Assembly (NCBI GenBank): GCA_000697335.1
Contig: JNEM01006726.1
Coordinates: forward strand, 1 to 51,593
Length of the DNA: 51,593 bases
Origin: Conidiobolus incongruus B7586
Lineage: Eukaryota
Direction: 5' to 3'
Part shown: positions 12,416 to 25,395 of the stretch, piece by piece
Layout of the letters: the number at the start of each line of letters is the position of its first letter
Numbering within the stretch: the first letter of the stretch is position 1
Made by a program: the position numbers and the translations under genes
Notes under the pieces: model-generated
Seen by the model: the letters and a program-made list of their open reading frames with translations, nothing else
The model's database searches: none
What the model was told of the DNA's origin: nothing

Positions 12416-14627
12416 CTATTTAAAACTCCAATCGAATTGATCTAGCACTGGACTTTGAGGTGCTTCGTCAAGATAATCCCGTGCACTCTTGCCGTACCAA
12501 TGATTCGGAGAAGATGAAGAAGGGTTAGTAGTACTAGGAGTAAGCTGAGCTACACTTTTGAGAGGGCGTTGTAATTTGGATAAGAGTCTATCAAGACTAG
12601 TAAAATTAGCCGCGTTTTTTGCGAAGGTTTTGTGAGAACGGGTTGTAATATGCTAGTGAAAAAAAATAATATTAGCAAGTGAGTGAAACAATAGACAGGG
12701 TATTTACCTCTTCTAAGTCTTCAAATTTTACTTTACAATTCTCACAATAACCTGGTTTTTTTGTGGGAGGAAGGTGGTGGAGAGGTGATTCGGTGGGTGC
12801 ATTGGATCTCAGAGAGCCAGAAGCCTTACTTAACCTGGATCTGCTAATAGGGTCCGCTAATAACCTTTGCGTGGGAAGAGCAAGGCGAGAAGATCCATTA
12901 TTGGCAGGCTGAGGAGTAAGTGGCTGAGATAGGACGAATGGTGAATCTACAGGATGGGGTGGATGGATAGGAGGTGTGATAGCGGATTCTGCTGCCCTAG
13001 AAACACGCTCTTTATCTCCTAACAGTAATGATTGATTATTTTTGAAAAATGTCGGCGTAGTTGGATGAGGGTATGCAGTAGGATGGTGAGATGACTGGGA
13101 AAGAATGGCGGAAGCATTTGTATATGGTTGAAGATGATTGGGTGGCTTTAATTCCATAGGAGGAACTGCAACAGGAGGTGGTGGATGATTTTTTCGCTTT
13201 GAGACATTAGATGGTTGTACATTAATGAAAGGACAACGCCCAACAGGGACCTGGTACAATCTAGGCCAAGGTGGCTCCTGGCAATCACCTGGAGGTAGAT
13301 ACTCCGCTATCACAGGAGGTCGATGAATCCCCGTCCTATCCTCTACTAATAAATAATAAAAATGTAGATAATGCGTCTCTGAGTGTAATAATCTGGCTCT
13401 GCTTTGAGAGTTTCTCTGAAGTTGAAAGGGAGGAAGTTGCCGTGAAGTAGGTTCAATAATTGGGGGAAGGCCGATATTTGTCCGAGGGGGTGGCATAAAC
13501 TGGTTCGAAGTAGTAGACTGGGATTGGACGGCTAAATTGGGATTAATCAGATACTTCAGTATCCGGTTACGAAATTCTGAAAATGATCATAAAAAAGAGC
13601 AACCGTCAAATAAAATATTCATGGTGTAATTGGAAAACAAAAAAAATAAAAGAAACTAATGTTGCAACTATGTAGAAAGAAAAAGAAAAAAAATACTTAC
13701 TGTCTAAAGACCAAATTTTCATTCCAAATTTCTTAGCTTGAGCCACTACATGATCTCTAGGTTCTAGTAATATATTTTAGTTAATTTTCATATCTATAAA
13801 TAGAAAAATAGTTATTGGAAAAAGAAAAATCAAATAAATACAATATAAATTACCCAAAAACAATATTCAAAGTTGTATTTGAAAAATTGCAATAAATAAT
13901 TACCTGGTGGAGGAAGATTTTTCCTAAATAAATAAAATTAATAAATAATATCAATAATCAACTAAATATTAATTACATGTTAACCATATTGCTGCGATCT
14001 TCAACTGAATAATTAAATGGAGTGGATGCACCATATTCCATTTTCATTCGTTTATTATCCATTGAATCTTCTTCTTTGATCGCTGTAACAGAGATACCAT
14101 TTGGTGGAGAATTGTCTATAAGGTGAGTAACATCCCTTGAAAAGAAAGGTTCTACAGTCTATGAAATGTTATTATTAAATTTAAATTATTTTAAAATCAA
14201 TTTCAAATATATTTACCCCTCCCAATGCTCTAATATCTTTAGCCATTTCAAGTTGTAAGTTATTTGGAACATTATGAAAAAAGAATCTATAGTTAGGGAA
14301 ATGGGAGCGATAATTTTCCACCCACTGACGGAAGCTCGGCTTATTAGAACGTATACTGGTATTGGTTGAAGGCAATGTAATTGGTTCAAATGTAGCCGGC
14401 CTGGTAGTAGTGGAAAGTGATGTTGAGGCAGTGAGAGAAGTTGGTAGATGGTTGGGTTGTATCCTTGTTAGATGAAAAGAGTTATGAAAGGGCTGTTGAT
14501 TTGATTCTTCTTTTGGTTTGATATCGGTAAGCTTGAGATGATTAGAAAAGGGCTGAGATGTAGCTAAATGGTCATTTTCCCTCTTTATGTGATAAGGTTG
14601 GCCGGGGCCATAAGGATTTGAATCCAT
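12416..14627 (-). CDS. DBF4: Cdc7 kinase regulatory subunit Dbf4/Dfp1; exons 14627-14217, 14158-13977, 13923-13904, 13763-13701, 13576-12708, 12652-12416
   Basis: Motif N (RALGG-TVEPFFSRDVTHLI, AKKFGMKIWSLDK), motif M (YLLVED..HRPPVIAEY..WPRL..GRCPF), motif C zinc finger (KPGYCENCKVKFEDLEEHITTRSHKTFA). Five GT-AG introns keep the frame. Confidence 0.92.
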
Positions 14628-17600
14628 TGTAATGAGAGGGATCAGAAGTGATAATAAAGGATATAATACAAGCAACTAATCAATTATAAATCACTTAACT
14701 TTTATGATAAATGAGAGGATAAAAGAAAGTGAAATTGAATATATGAAGTTTGAATCAATTGAATTGATTGAATGGAATGAAATTTATGTTGGATTTCTAA
14801 TATGATTTGATACACAATTAATTGTGTGATGAATGAAGTTAATGGAATTATGAATATAATTAAGGGAGATTTTAATAAAATACACTAAATTATATTTCAA
14901 ATATATTTTATTATCTAATCAAATATTGTAAATAAATATATCTGTTTAATATCAAATTTGGGGTACTTTATTGTATTAATAGAAATGTTTTGGGCGTTGG
15001 ATTTTCTTTACATTTAATCATGACTAATTGTTACAAAACTGAAGATTTTACTGAATTTAGTCGAATACTTATGGGTTGAAAATTAGTGTGCTTTATTAAA
15101 TATTTATGTAAATTATATTTCTATATTTATTGATTAAACTATATTCAAAATATATATTATAGCTTTAACGTTTATAAATTAATATTATTGTTTAGTGATC
15201 ATATTTGACTTGATAAATTAATAAAATATAATTTTATTTAGTTAAATTTATTTGATTATTGATTGAAATTGTGAAAATATTCCCTATATAAGGATATCCC
15301 CTAGTTTGATTCAAGTTAAACATTGTCTCACATTAAAAATCAACATTTCAACAATACTGAAATAAATCAAATGCAAAATATTATGAATAATATTTGATAA
15401 AGTAGTGTTATTAAATAGGCGTATGAGTAAAGGAATGTGATTGTAGTTTGGTGTGCGTTGTAGTTAAATATTAAAAAGGAGTGAGTTCAGTTAAAGGGGT
15501 GAAAATTTTGAGTTTTAGATATTACTTTAATTCAGATATTATCCATCGATTCAACCCCAATATGTTTCAACGCATTTAACTCAAAAAGATACTATCAGCA
15601 TTTGACCAATCATTAGGGATCCACAGTTATTAAAACTAATTTTATTCCTGTATCATATTCGTAGATCTTATTACTAGCTCGCTTCACTTACTTAATTACA
15701 CCATCATTTTTCAAAAACATTTTACTCGCTGGATAATAACTTAATTACTTATACCCTATTTATTATTATTTTAAATATATTCAATTATTATAATGTCAAA
15801 TCATCATACCTACCCTTAATTTTCTCATATGCATATATAATATATATATTCTCAACTATGAATATACAGAATTTTTTCTAATAAATCTGAATAATTTCAC
15901 AATTTTTACAATACAAAAGATTTTAAATTTATTAAAATTAAATACTCATTCACTCTTAATTTATCAAATCGCTATTATTTTTTATCTATAAAGGAAAATA
16001 TAAAATAAATAAAAATCTATTATGTAATTGGTTTATTTATGTTTATAAGCTTCTTTAATTGAGTATAAAAAAAATTATTTTTAATATAGTTCATCAAAAT
16101 TAAAATTTTGCCATTGAAGCGTCATTGAGTTATATAATTATTTTTATTGCATATAAAGGATGTTTTATTGAATCTTTATAATATATACTGAACAAAATTT
16201 TAAATATATTTATTGAATTATTACTTAAATTATTTTGGGAAATTAGCTAAATATTGATATTTACAATTGTAATACAACTATGCGACCATAAATGACCCTA
16301 TCCTTCGATTGTAAGTATAAACATTTTGTCAATTATCTATTCACAACAATATATTATTAAGTCTCTAATTTATATGCTCACTCTTATAACATAATTGTAC
16401 AAAAAATTCTTTTCCGAATTCAATTTCTTACTTCAAAAATCACATTGAGGTTGATTCATTCATCATTTCACCTGAGATGATCCAATCCTGCCACACCCAT
16501 CTAAACTATGATAAATAAATTATGATATTTTAGCCATTGTCATTTTATTCATCATAATGCTTCTATATTTGTTTTAAATCATTATCAATCACATTCCACA
16601 TAATTTCTCATTGTAATGTCTTTGCAAAGATTTAGACACCTTTACATGGCATTTGCCATAATTGGAACTATAATTATGATATTGAAGTATTTTTAACAAT
16701 AAGATATTATCAAAATTTCAAGAATAATGCCCAAATAAAATTTCTGCCTTATATTCAGTAATTAACACTGTTTTCAATAGAATATCAGGTAAAAATCATA
16801 ATTTAATAAGGCTTTTGATATAAGTTCAAGTTCTTATAAAAGGCAAAAATAACTAATTACAACCTCCAATTAAGATTGAGTGCTTGAATCTTTTAAAAGC
16901 CCACATGTATCTATTTTGTAGAAAAACATTCTGAGAATTGGTGTAATTTATGGTTGTATTTAATTTTACTAAATTGCCAATTATTGTGTGAACTGTATGG
17001 ATTTAATAGATATTTATAATGATAGTTGAAACAAATTATAGTAAATAGAAATTAAATATATATTAGGATAGTCCTAATATCCTTAATATTTTGATAACAT
17101 TAATTCTATTTTACGCTTATTTGTTTTTATTACTTAATGTCTAGCCACAGTTAATTTTTTTTCCTATGAAATTTAGTCAATATAAAATCATAAAGTTTTA
17201 TCAAAAAACATTATTGACTATTCATTGATTCACACATTTAACTTCTACTCTAGGCTTTGTTAATCAAGTTAGAATACAACACTTAATTATTGAATAGAGG
17301 GTATATTAAATAATCGGCGTAAGATTGGTATTTAATATGCAGAGGAAGAAAATGTAAAATACAGATGAATATCATGAAATGAACAGAGATCTGATTAATA
17401 AAAAAATAATGTATAAAATATGAAAAATTAGATAGAACATTCTAAATGATACTGACTACTCTATAATATCAAAATATAATCATTATTCTGTTATTGATAA
17501 AGTTCAACAATTTATTAATTAGAATAATAATATAGTTCAAGAATAATAATCACACTTCTGATATACTCTAATTTGCTTTAAAATCAGGTGGATTCTAAAT

Positions 17601-18638
17601 AATTATGACGAATTTTCACTGTACATTTGAACAGGATCATGTGTAAAATTCAAACTGAGGGATTTGTAAAAAAATATTATTTAATGCCCCTACATTTGTT
17701 ATTATTTTAATAAATTAATGACAGTTATCTGAATTTATGTTTAAAATATATTCAATCTATTTCAGCTGTATTGAATTAACTTTTGAGTAATTTCTAAAAG
17801 TTAAAATTTAATAGTATGTATATAATTTTGAAATAGTATCGTATATAAAATTTATCAATAGTTGTTTATAAAATTGATTAACAGATTATAACAGAAAAAT
17901 GATTTAAATCAGCCCGTCAACTATCAATACAACATCTGTTCTATACAATCATTGTACAATTTTTTGATTTATATTTGAAAAATGTATCTTTTAAAGTAAA
18001 TTTTGGAACAGATTGAATAGTATTAATATCAAAATTATGAAGTCTTAGATATAATAATCTCAATATGGTAAAATTGGGAAATCTTCATTAATAATTCGAA
18101 AATGTAATTTATATCTATTGAACTTTTGATTTCTTAATTCAATCTAAGCTTCAAGTTTTTATATATTTTTCATTATAATTAATCTCCAATTATTTGATCA
18201 TATGATCCATTACTCAAAAGTCAGAAATAATTCGATATTTGATAATTATTAATGTAATTCTAAGTCAAATCAGAATTGTAAAATAATTGCTTAGTATATT
18301 TGTTGTTATTAATTTTTTACAATAGAATGTATTGATATCAATTGTATATAGTCTAAAGTGAATACGATTAAGCAAACTAATTTTATAACCAGAAAGTACT
18401 GAATTTTACTTAATTAGGTATCTCAATTCATTAAATATTACATCATCAAAACAAATCTTTTATCCCATATGATAAATAGTTCAGAAACAAAGTTCATGAT
18501 TGATATTAAACAGTCTTAATCAATTGCTATTCATATTGAATTCAACATTGATTCAATATTAATCACTAGTATAGTTAGAGGTTTTAGAATAAAACTTGCA
18601 ATATTTTGATTGTAATTTAATAGCATTTGATTTAACAT

Positions 18639-20935
18639 ATGAAACATATTTTATTTTCTTCAAAAACTTACCAAGTAAGTCTATTTATTAAACAAAACTA
18701 CAGTAATAAATTAAATTTCAAATAGACCTATATCTTTACAAAACAACTAATTAAGTTCAACAAATTTCAATATTCAAGTCAATATTTTACAACTTTCAAT
18801 AAATTTTGTAAACCAAGTTCTTTACCCAAAGACGATATTAAAAACTATTGGGAAGATTTAAACCTTGTATTACACGAACCAGGTACTATCATTTTGACTT
18901 ATACCCTAATTTTTACTTAAAAAAATTATTATTGCTATAATAAGCAGGCTTTGAAAATTTTGGTCGTCTCGAAATGAAGTCCAATACCCAAACAATAACC
19001 CACTTACTAAAAACTTGCACGAGTATTCGGAGCGGTCAGGGTGATTTGTTACCTAGTTTGACAGCTAAACAGGCGTGTCAAGCTTACGAAAATTTGGATG
19101 TTAAGGGCAAGTTAAAGTTTTTAATTTTACTAATTAAGGAATTTGGTAAGGGAAAAAAGATATAGTGGCAATATTGAGTATTCACTGAGGATTTTAGGTA
19201 TATCTAGAGATGAGTCTATTCCTCTGGTTAAAGAATATATTCAGAAATATGAATCCAAAGTAAACAGATAATTAAATATACTTAAATATAATATTAATTT
19301 GTATGTTTTAGGAAAATAATCAAGTATTATCAAGATTAGAACAAACTTTAAAACAATGTTTAACGCCAAAGTACGTTCGATTCTTTGATCAAGTATTACG
19401 TTTACCAAATGGAATGGAGTTCTTAGTCAAAATGAGGAAAGACTCGCTAGTAAGCGTCCATTATATTCAATATGATGATTGGCTAATTCATCATCATTTA
19501 GTCCATCTATCAAACCACCAAAGATCGAGATTTATTGACATTCTCGAACTACTTGAAAGATAGTTTACAATCTAGTTTGATGGGGTATTTGAAATTGGAG
19601 AGGATTACTTGGAATTCATCAGCTTTTACAATGGAAAAAGTAAAACTAAATAATATTATATTAACTTAATATTAATTAATTTAAATATTTTAGATGATGA
19701 GCTATGAATACGTCCATCCATTTAAAAATTGGGACGATATGAAACAGTAGCGTTCACTTCATTATTATAGTATAACCTTATTTAATCCTTTTAATAGGCG
19801 TTTAGGTCCAGGCCGCAGATGTTTTGGATTTTTTCACAAGTCTATGCCTCTGGACCCTCTCGTATTTATTCAAGTAGCCCTATTGAAACATATTGCTTCT
19901 AACGTTCCTGTAATTTATCCATTAATAATTTAAAAAAAAATATTATTGATCATTTATAACTTAGTCTATTTTAAATGATCCGTCAGCTGGTACCTTAGGA
20001 ATTGACAACATTACTTGCGCTATATTTTATTCTATCAACACTCAAAAAGGTTACTCATTTGTAAATTAACTGAATCACACAATATATTTAATTTTAATCT
20101 AGGCCTATCTGGTGTCGATCTAGGCAGTTTCTTAATCAAACGAGTAGTAACCGAATTAAAGTCACAGTTCCCTAACCTGTCAACCTTCTGTACTCTTAGC
20201 CCTATTCCAGGTTTAAGAGATTGGATAATCAAAAAAATTGACGAAATTAACCAATCCCAATCCAAGGATAAGTTACTTGAAGCTGACGAACTGTCAAAAG
20301 TTGCTAGCTTAGATAACTCTGGTCAAAACATAGATCCTTTGGCAATTCTTAAAGTATTAAATTATTTCATCATATTATTTTCTTTATATCTAAATCAATT
20401 ACTATTATAGGAGTATGCAACTAATTTCAACTGGTTAACCAATCAAGACACCAAAGTAATTGAAATTCTTCAACCTGTTTTTATGAGATTAGCATCTAGG
20501 TATATTTTATAAAACAACTCTGATTTCTTTTTAACTAAAATATTGGCAGGTATTTAATAGTAGAGAAAAGAGGAAAATATACTTTAAATCCAGTTGGTAA
20601 ATATTATTTGCCACAATTCTTTGTGAAATTATATATTAATACAATCAAATTTAGCTAACTTTCATATTCGAAACGGAGCTTGCATTCATCGATTAAATTG
20701 GATGGGCGATTTGTCAAGTAACTCTTTCGATTATTCATTTATTCATTTATAATGAAACATTATTATAGATTACCGATTAGAAGAATCTTTAGGAATTATG
20801 GTGAATTATAACTATCTCCAACACAAGATTGAACAGGTGAATGAAACATATATGGTTAATGCAACTATTCCAGTATCGAATCCTCAGCTATATGAACAAT
20901 ACAAAGATCAAACTAGAGTGGAATTGTTTCAATAG
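18639..20935 (+). CDS. MLYCD: Malonyl-CoA decarboxylase, about 14 exons
   Basis: Spliced motifs LERITWNSS, YEYVHP, RLGPGRRCFGFFH, PLVFIQVAL, AIFYSINTQKGLSGVDLGSFLIKRVV, FCTLSPIPG, NPVANFHIRNGA, GIMVNYNY; 13 short GT-AG introns. Confidence 0.93.
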
Positions 20936-21335
20936 ACCTTATTAAATTCTAATATTGAAATGGTTATTAACCTATTAACTTAAAAAATAAAGCTAATCAA
21001 TGATCAATTGAATCTTAATACATTGAAAATCTATATATTTGCTATTACCAATTCCTTGGCAATTTCCTTGTATCCAACATTATAAAATTAAAATGAACAA
21101 AATCATTTCTCATAACAACCAAAACATTTAAAATTTAAAAAAACACTGAAACTTTGATATTTATTTAATAATACTGATAATAAATATCAATTCGAAAACA
21201 TAGTAAACTTGCAAAAACACTAAACATCCAATCAATAGAAATCTTAAAAATATAATTATGCAAAAAAAAATTACAAATTGAACTCACGAAATTGAGAAGT
21301 AAAGCTGGACTCGAAAGTGACTACATAATATTAAA

Positions 21336-24300
21336 TTAAGGATTAGGTACTGAGCCACTCCAAGAAAATAGAGAAATTTGGGAGTTGGGGATTGCAGGCG
21401 TAGATGATGTAGCTCCAAATAGCATCTGTCTGGGGTGGAAGAGAATCGAACTCATAGGTGTCACCTTATGGCCAAGGAGCATACCTAAAGTAGCTTGGTG
21501 GTGATACAGGGTTCCTAAACTCTGTCCCTGTAGGGTATAAACTTTGGCGCCAGCATTTTCAGTACCACTATAATGATCATTAGTTGAAATTTAACTAATA
21601 TGAATAGATTTGACTTACCAAGCAAAAAGAGGTGCTCTATCATGACCCGAAGCACAGGTAATACTGATATTATTATGGAATTCCGAAATAGCTTTAGAGT
21701 GACGTAAATCGAATATTTTAATATGACCATCGTGACTAAAGAATGGTTAGTATAAAACAAAAAGTTAGAAAATAACAGAATTACCTGGCTGTGACTAATT
21801 CGTACTGATTGCTCTTAGGATGGTGACAATTGACAATTGGGGTGGTGTGATCACGCCAACAGCGGACCATACTCTCACCAGGGTTTAATCTGACGTCGTA
21901 GCCTCTGACACTACCATCTGAGAAGCCTGCCATAATGAAATCACCAACGGTGTGATCTGATGTAAGTGAGACTAAACTAGCTGTTGATCTGGTTGGAAGC
22001 AAACCCATTTGAGATTCTGAAGAAGCATTCCATAGTACAATAGATTTGTGTTCGCCACCTGCAACCAACATACCGCGACTCTGCTGCCACTCCAATACCA
22101 AGTCTTTTGTGAAGAGATTTGTGGATTTGGACTTGCGCGTCGTGGGTAATTCGTTAAGAACGCGCCATGCGGACACTTGTTCACAGTTATCCCAATACTC
22201 TCTGAACAGACGAACGGAACCATCTGAGCTTCCGAGCATTACCATTGCTTCGTCCTCTTCATTGACTAATTTCATAGTGATAATTTTAGAGCTTTCTGGA
22301 GAGATGGGAATACTGAAATGATTAATCTTCTTTTGAGATTCCCAGTTCCATACGCTGACTACATTGGATGTGTCACAAGCAATCATATGAGTTTCAAATT
22401 GATGAAAGATAAAAGATGTCGGAGGTTGGTCTAAGTGAATGGTTCCAAGTTCTTGACCCCATTTAGTGGTTTGTGCCAAAGCACAGTTGGTTGCACCCTC
22501 TGACTTAATCTTACCATTACGCTCACCACGCCAGTTACGTTGATGGTAAGTGATACTACCAGGCTCTTCAGACTCTGGAGGAGACATTTGAGGTTGGAGA
22601 AAATGCTCGCAACACCAAGAATAGTATTCGCTCTCAAGAATCAAATCATTCTTGGAAGCTTCATTGTCAAACTTTGCAGAGCTTATACTACTTAAGGGAC
22701 TAGGCACGACTGGTGCACCAGATAAAAGCTGATTTGAAGCATGTGCAGCGGGATTAGAACCAACTCCCAAATTTGAATTTCCAGCGCCTTTGGAGGTATC
22801 AGTACCATCTGATCCAGCCCAAAGATTTCTAAATGTAAAGGAAGCTGAACGTCTTAAAGATGCGGGAAGTTTGGGCTTTGGAGCACGCACTGTGTTGTTT
22901 TGAGCAGAAAGGTTAATTGCAGAATTGTTGGGGGAGTATGCATTTACAGAAACTGGTGTGGTAGATCGATTGAGAGCGTCATTCATCCAGTCTGATGGTT
23001 CAGATGAATTGAAGACTAGAACATGTAACTGATCCACAAGTTTTTGTGCAGCTTGTGCTACTGATGGCACAGGATCACAAGTTAGGCATAAAACTAGCTT
23101 CCAGAGAGCGGTACATACCAAAGTTTCTGGGTTGGAACGAGTATTAGAAGAGGTAGAAGTAGGAGTGGGAGGAGGGGCTGAAGTCATGGTTAAAGGTCTA
23201 GGTAAGTCTAATTTAGTAGATTCCTGGTTAGTGCCTGAATTATGTTTTGGATTGAATTCAGCATCCAAAAGTTCTTGGGCTATTTCTATGAATTTGTCGC
23301 AGTGTCTGGATATCAAGCGGGAGACTAAGATCACCCATTCAATACGAACTAGAGGAGAGCCATCATTTGCATGGGTAGCTAACTGTACCATTAGTCGTAA
23401 CTCTAAAGAAAGTGTTCGTTCGTCAGATTCTAAGCTGGGCTCGAAAAGTGTCGATAGAGCATATAAGCTAGCAGCTCGAACTTCAGGGATGTCGTCATTA
23501 AACAAACGAATTAATTTTTCATGAGCTTGAAGCTCTAAGCCTTGCCACTTAGCTTCAGGGTATTCTTTCCACAGTTGGCTGAGTAACAAAATTGACCATT
23601 GGCGTAAGAATGGATCTGGGTGTGGAAGATGAGGAAGGGTTTGTTGTAATGTGCGCTTAGCTAAGCATGCTTCTTTACCGGGAAGATAGTTGAAGCACAC
23701 CATAGAGAGAATAAAGGCAGACATTGCTTGAATTTCAGATAAATTGGGTAAACCTTCAGGTGGGTTGCCAAGTAAGCTCACAAAGTACATGAAGCCTTGA
23801 TCTTTAGTCAGATCGACTTGACATGATGGATCTACAACAACTAATCTAGCCCAAATAAAAGATAAAAGAGGCTTAAGCTCAAGGGCAGGAGATTGTAATA
23901 GTTTTAAAACATATGGGAAGATTCCCACTGTTAGAGCTGCAGTGACCGCCCATCTTCCTAAATCTAAAAATTCGTTTAAAAGTCTAAGTGCTCTTAGACG
24001 ATGGCTTTGACTTAGTAAAACTTGCAGTACAATTGGCAATTGGATAGGAGCCTTTTGAGGGTTGTGAATACCACGAGATAACCATAATTCGAAGGCAGTC
24101 AACTGATCAGAGAAGAAGGGACTGTGCTGGTATGGGCTTGGATCACCATTTTCCTCAGCCTGAATCAATTTTGGAAGCTGCGATAGACAAAAGTCCAATG
24201 CAAGATCCCAACTATCCCACATGGGATGATGATTTGTTCTGGGTAATGTTGGTACTGATATTGGATGTAATTTTAGACCACGAAATATCCTATCTGCCAA

Positions 24301-25395
24301 TAAGAAATTACGAAATAAAGCAGCGACCATGAGATCCTGCCTGAAAAGTTTTTGGAATAATGACGTTGGCAAGACGTCCCAAGCAATAGTATCTGTAATA
24401 GATGTAAGGATCCAGTTGAGTTCTCCTAAAGGAGTACGACGATCACTTAATCGTCCAGGTAGCTTTAAAACCATTTCAACAGTAATATTTTTAATGAGGG
24501 GATTATGTAAAGAATATAGTCTCAATGCAACTTCAATAGGAGTAGTCAAACATGAAGTAAAAAGATCAGCAGGATAGCAAGGATGACTGGGAAGGACTTC
24601 GTCAGCCTCACAAGCAGCAAATTGAATACACTCCGACATAGGAGGAGGACCATTTTCATTATTTGATTTAGAAGAATGATTTTTGTTGGTATTATAGTAA
24701 TCTTCATTACTTGAATGATTCCCTTGACTTTGTAAATAGTGATTATTTTGTTCGCGGTCTTTCTGCTGCGCAAAACGAAGGAAAGCTCGCACGATATGTC
24801 CTGCATTACTACAATCATAAACAAACATTGAAGGAGATCCCAACCAGTTCTGAATATCTGTAATAGATACTGGTATATACTGAGTATAACTTCTATTAAA
24901 TACCCAAATTTCACCACTTGGAGTAGGTTTTGGTACACCATGACCATTGTAATGAAATAAAATTCGCTCATCTTCAAATGTTCTCCTAAGTCCATTGCAT
25001 AATTTTCTTACTTCCTCCAATGAGGGATCTGCAGATAGCTTATACTTAGCTCTAGGCTGAAGAACTTCATATTGCTGTTGTAAATTCTTTCCAATAGCCT
25101 CCTTAGCCCTATCCGGAGGCTGAGAAAAAGGATCAACCCAGCATTCCAAAGTAGCGCATGGGACAGTCTTAACAATATCTGGAGGATCTGTACCAATATT
25201 CAAACATATGACCAAAGCAACGGCGACAGTTCTATATTTGCGATCGAGACGCCAGTCTAAAGGTTCTTTCTTAGCTTGATCTTTGATCAATTGCACCTGT
25301 TTGCTTAAATTAATCTTTTGACGTACGTCACTATCGTGACGTTTAGAAGTAAAATAGAGGTAGTACTTGGTAGGGTCCATTACCATACTAACCAT
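21336..25395 (-). CDS. KOG1: TORC1 subunit Raptor/Kog1 (RNC domain, HEAT repeats, WD40); one long exon plus two small 3' exons
   Basis: ICLNIGTDPPD, RILFHYNGHGVPKPT, ADLFTSCLTTP, GELNWILTSITDTIAW, LFRQDLMVAALFRNF, QLPIVLQVLLSQSHRLRAL. Two 3' introns extend the WD40 region to a stop at 21336. Confidence 0.97.

Noticed and set aside
14988..14998. TTTGGGCG, an E2F-like site upstream of DBF4
   Set aside because: Single imperfect match; insufficient evidence.
17059..17079. Hairpin ATATTAGGA-TAG-TCCTAATAT
   Set aside because: Short AT-rich stem expected by chance; no Helitron CTRR end follows.
15400..17700. Patches of slightly higher GC suggesting decayed genes or transposons
   Set aside because: No recognisable motif in the frames I translated.
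21972..25196. Shadow ORFs overlapping KOG1 (likewise those over PRS5, BAR-SH3, MGE1, SEA4)
   Set aside because: Alternate-frame or antisense by-products of GC-richer coding sequence.
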